Source of the DNA: an uncultured Spirochaetota bacterium
GTDB taxonomy: Bacteria; Spirochaetota; Spirochaetia; SZUA-6; Fen-1364
DNA length: 64,000 bases
Reading direction: 5' to 3'
NCBI GenBank assembly: GCA_963745235.1
Contig: CAVUXE010000015.1
Coordinates: 128,001-192,000, forward strand
The notes beneath the pieces are model-generated. The model was not told the origin of the DNA, did no database searches, and saw nothing but the letters and a program-made list of their open reading frames with translations. The translations under genes and the position numbers were made by a program. Below, piece by piece: positions 62,032 to 64,000 of the stretch; position 1 is the first letter of the stretch, and every line of letters starts with the position of its first letter.

Positions 62032-63360
62032 ATGATCCCTCTACGGAAAGCGGGCCTTGCCTCCGCGCTGCTGCGAACGGCAGGCGCGGTCTTCCCCTTT
62101 TCAGCGCGCGGTCTCGCGTTTGTCGTGATGGCAGCGGTCCTCCTTGCCGCGGGCCTTGCACGCGACGATCTTGCCGCTCTTTTCTGGGGCGCAAGCTTCC
62201 TCCTGTATGCGCTCTACGCGATCCTGGCGAGTCACTTTTCCATGGTATTGCTGAGGGGAAAAAGAAACGCAGAGCCCGACTTTCTCACCGTCATCCTGCC
62301 CCAACAAGGCATGAGCCCCGGCGATCTTGCCGAAGCGCATGTCTCCGCCAGGCTTCCCCGCGCCCTCGCGCCTGGTTTCGTTGTTCACTTTTCCCTTCCC
62401 CTCTCCTGGCAGGAACGCTCGATTGAGTCCGTGACCTGCAGGCTCGACCCGGGCAGGACGGAGCACCCCATTCGCTTCCCGGCGCCGTGGCGTGGCGCCT
62501 ACCGTTGCCGCGAAGCGACCCTGGAGGTGCGGGATGTCCTTGGTTTCACGGCGAACCGCATGGGCGTGCCGGTTGACGCTGCTCTCACGGTCCACCCGGC
62601 GGTAGCCCACGGGCAGGCCTGGCGCATCCTGGCGGAAGGCGAAGCCCCGTCTGCCACAACGACACGGCGGCGGCGCAGCGAGGAGCTCCTGGAAGTCCGC
62701 AAGTACTACCCTGGCGACGACGCGCGGCGCTTGAACTGGAAGGTGTTCGCCCATTCGCGGGAGCTGTTCCTCCGCGTGGGAGAGGAGACCCCTCCCCCTG
62801 AATCCCGGATCCTGTTCGTGCTTGACGCAAACGAAAACCCGCTGATCCCGCGCCAGCTGCGCAGCGCGTACCTGGATGCGCTGGTCGATTCCTGTGCCTC
62901 GGCAATGGAGTCGCTGTTGAGCGACCGAACGGCAGTCCTTTTCTGCCGCCCCGGCGCCCGGGATTGCCGCCAGTACTCGCAGGAGATGCGGGCGCAGCTC
63001 CTGGCGGCCCTTGCGGACCAGTGGTGGGCGGACACGTCGTGGCAACCGCAGCTGCCCGTGCTCCCTCGACTCCACGCCGCTGTGTTTTCAACCCCCGGGT
63101 CGCCCGGACTTGCAGCGATCCTGGCCCAGATCAGCGACAGGGGATGGAGCACCAGCCTCTTCCTCAAGGAGCCCCCCGGTCCCGGGGTTGCAGCCCGGCT
63201 TGGCCTGCGGGACCTGCTGTTCCTGCGTACTGAGCTTCCCGGTCACGCCAGTCCAGCAGGGCTTCAGCGGGAGCGAGCGGTCCTGAACGATGCTCTGGCG
63301 AAAGACCTGGCAACGTATGCAGGCCCGGGCTGGAAGGTGCGCCATGCACGGGAAATCTGA
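62032..63360 (+). CDS. DUF58 domain protein
   Basis: EVRKYYPGDDARRLNWKVFA; follows MoxR. Confidence 0.85.
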   Translation: MIPLRKAGLASALLRTAGAVFPFSARGLAFVVMAAVLLAAGLARDDLAALFWGASFLLYALYAILASHFSMVLLRGKRNAEPDFLTVILPQQGMSPGDLAEAHVSARLPRALAPGFVVHFSLPLSWQERSIESVTCRLDPGRTEHPIRFPAPWRGAYRCREATLEVRDVLGFTANRMGVPVDAALTVHPAVAHGQAWRILAEGEAPSATTTRRRRSEELLEVRKYYPGDDARRLNWKVFAHSRELFLRVGEETPPPESRILFVLDANENPLIPRQLRSAYLDALVDSCASAMESLLSDRTAVLFCRPGARDCRQYSQEMRAQLLAALADQWWADTSWQPQLPVLPRLHAAVFSTPGSPGLAAILAQISDRGWSTSLFLKEPPGPGVAARLGLRDLLFLRTELPGHASPAGLQRERAVLNDALAKDLATYAGPGWKVRHAREI

Positions 63361-64000
63361 GTCCGTCCGAAAGCTTTCCCTCCTTCTCCTCAGGAACCTG
63401 ATCCTGTTTTTCCTGCTCCTGAACGCTTTTCTCCAGCTCCGTGACCAGCTGGATCTGATCTTCCTGAGCGCGGCCCTGGTCCTGGGGATCTTTGCGGGTC
63501 TTCTCACGGAGCGCGCGCGGCTTCGCTTTCTCCCCGCGCTGGCGCTGGCCGTTGTCCTTCCGATTGCCTTTCGCGCCCTTTTCTTCCTTGTTTTCAGGCT
63601 CCAGAGAGCCATAGCTTCAGCGCCTGCAACGGACTTCCTTTTCTTCTATTTCGACAAGGACTTCTTTCCCGGCGCTTGCAGGGTATGCGGTAGCGTGGCT
63701 GTTCAACTTCCTAGCCATGCGCCATCAACGCTTTCCCATCATCGAAGCAGGGATAAACTCAGTCCTGCTGGTGGCGGTGTTCTGGTCTCAGGCGGGGTAC
63801 CGACTCACTCTGTACCCGCATCCGCTTGCCTATGCCCTGGTCCTCTCGGTCTTTGTCATAGCGGAGTTCTTCGTGCTCTTGCTGGCTGGCGCGACAACGG
63901 CGGGGAGCGAAACCCGCGCTCCTCTCCGCGGACGCACCATCCTCAGCTTTGCGTGGATCGTCGTACCGCTCCTGCTCATATTTCTCTTCTTTCTCCTGGG
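63344..64000 (+). CDS. multi-TM protein, probably the transglutaminase-like partner of MoxR-DUF58 (partial; frameshift near 63680)
   Basis: ATG 63344 MHGKSESVRKLSLLLLRNLILFFLLL, then several hydrophobic helices; identity inferred from operon context. Confidence 0.5.
   Translation, partial: MHGKSESVRKLSLLLLRNLILFFLLLNAFLQLRDQLDLIFLSAALVLGIFAGLLTERARLRFLPALALAVVLPIAFRALFFLVFRLQRAIASAPATDFLFFYFDKDFFPGACRVCGSVAVQLPSHAPSTLSHHRSRDKLSPAGGGVLVSGGVPTHSVPASACLCPGPLGLCHSGVLRALAGWRDNGGERNPRSSPRTHHPQLCVDRRTAPAHISLLSPG

Overview
High-GC bacterial chromosomal window, probably a free-living spirochaete-like genome (class I LysRS, BspA/TpLRR lipoprotein; inference only). Many single-base frameshifts, including in lysS, ilvN and polX, suggest uncorrected long-read indels, so apparent fusions and splits need caution. 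Contents, left to right: an MFS plus PLP-decarboxylase pair; a radical SAM plus MFS pair; an accessory island with a PIN-like/2TM gene split by an IS66 element, a Xer-recombinase relic and a HigBA-like toxin-antitoxin pair; a LacI-regulated sugar ABC operon with UroD-like, cupin and epimerase genes; a truncated CopB; a large LRR surface lipoprotein split by an IS1182 element; PolX; a DeoC homologue with an encapsulation-peptide-like N-terminus but no Schiff-base lysine; ilvBN-leuCD-ilvD; lysS; mntH; an ORF joining gamma-carbonic anhydrase to PAS-GGDEF-EAL; a DEDDh-WYL nuclease behind four 22-bp repeats; AlaX; rhomboid; DUF4139; MarR-GNAT; an integrase relic with VOC and aac(3)-I; and a MoxR-DUF58 operon. 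No rRNA, tRNA or CRISPR array was recognised.
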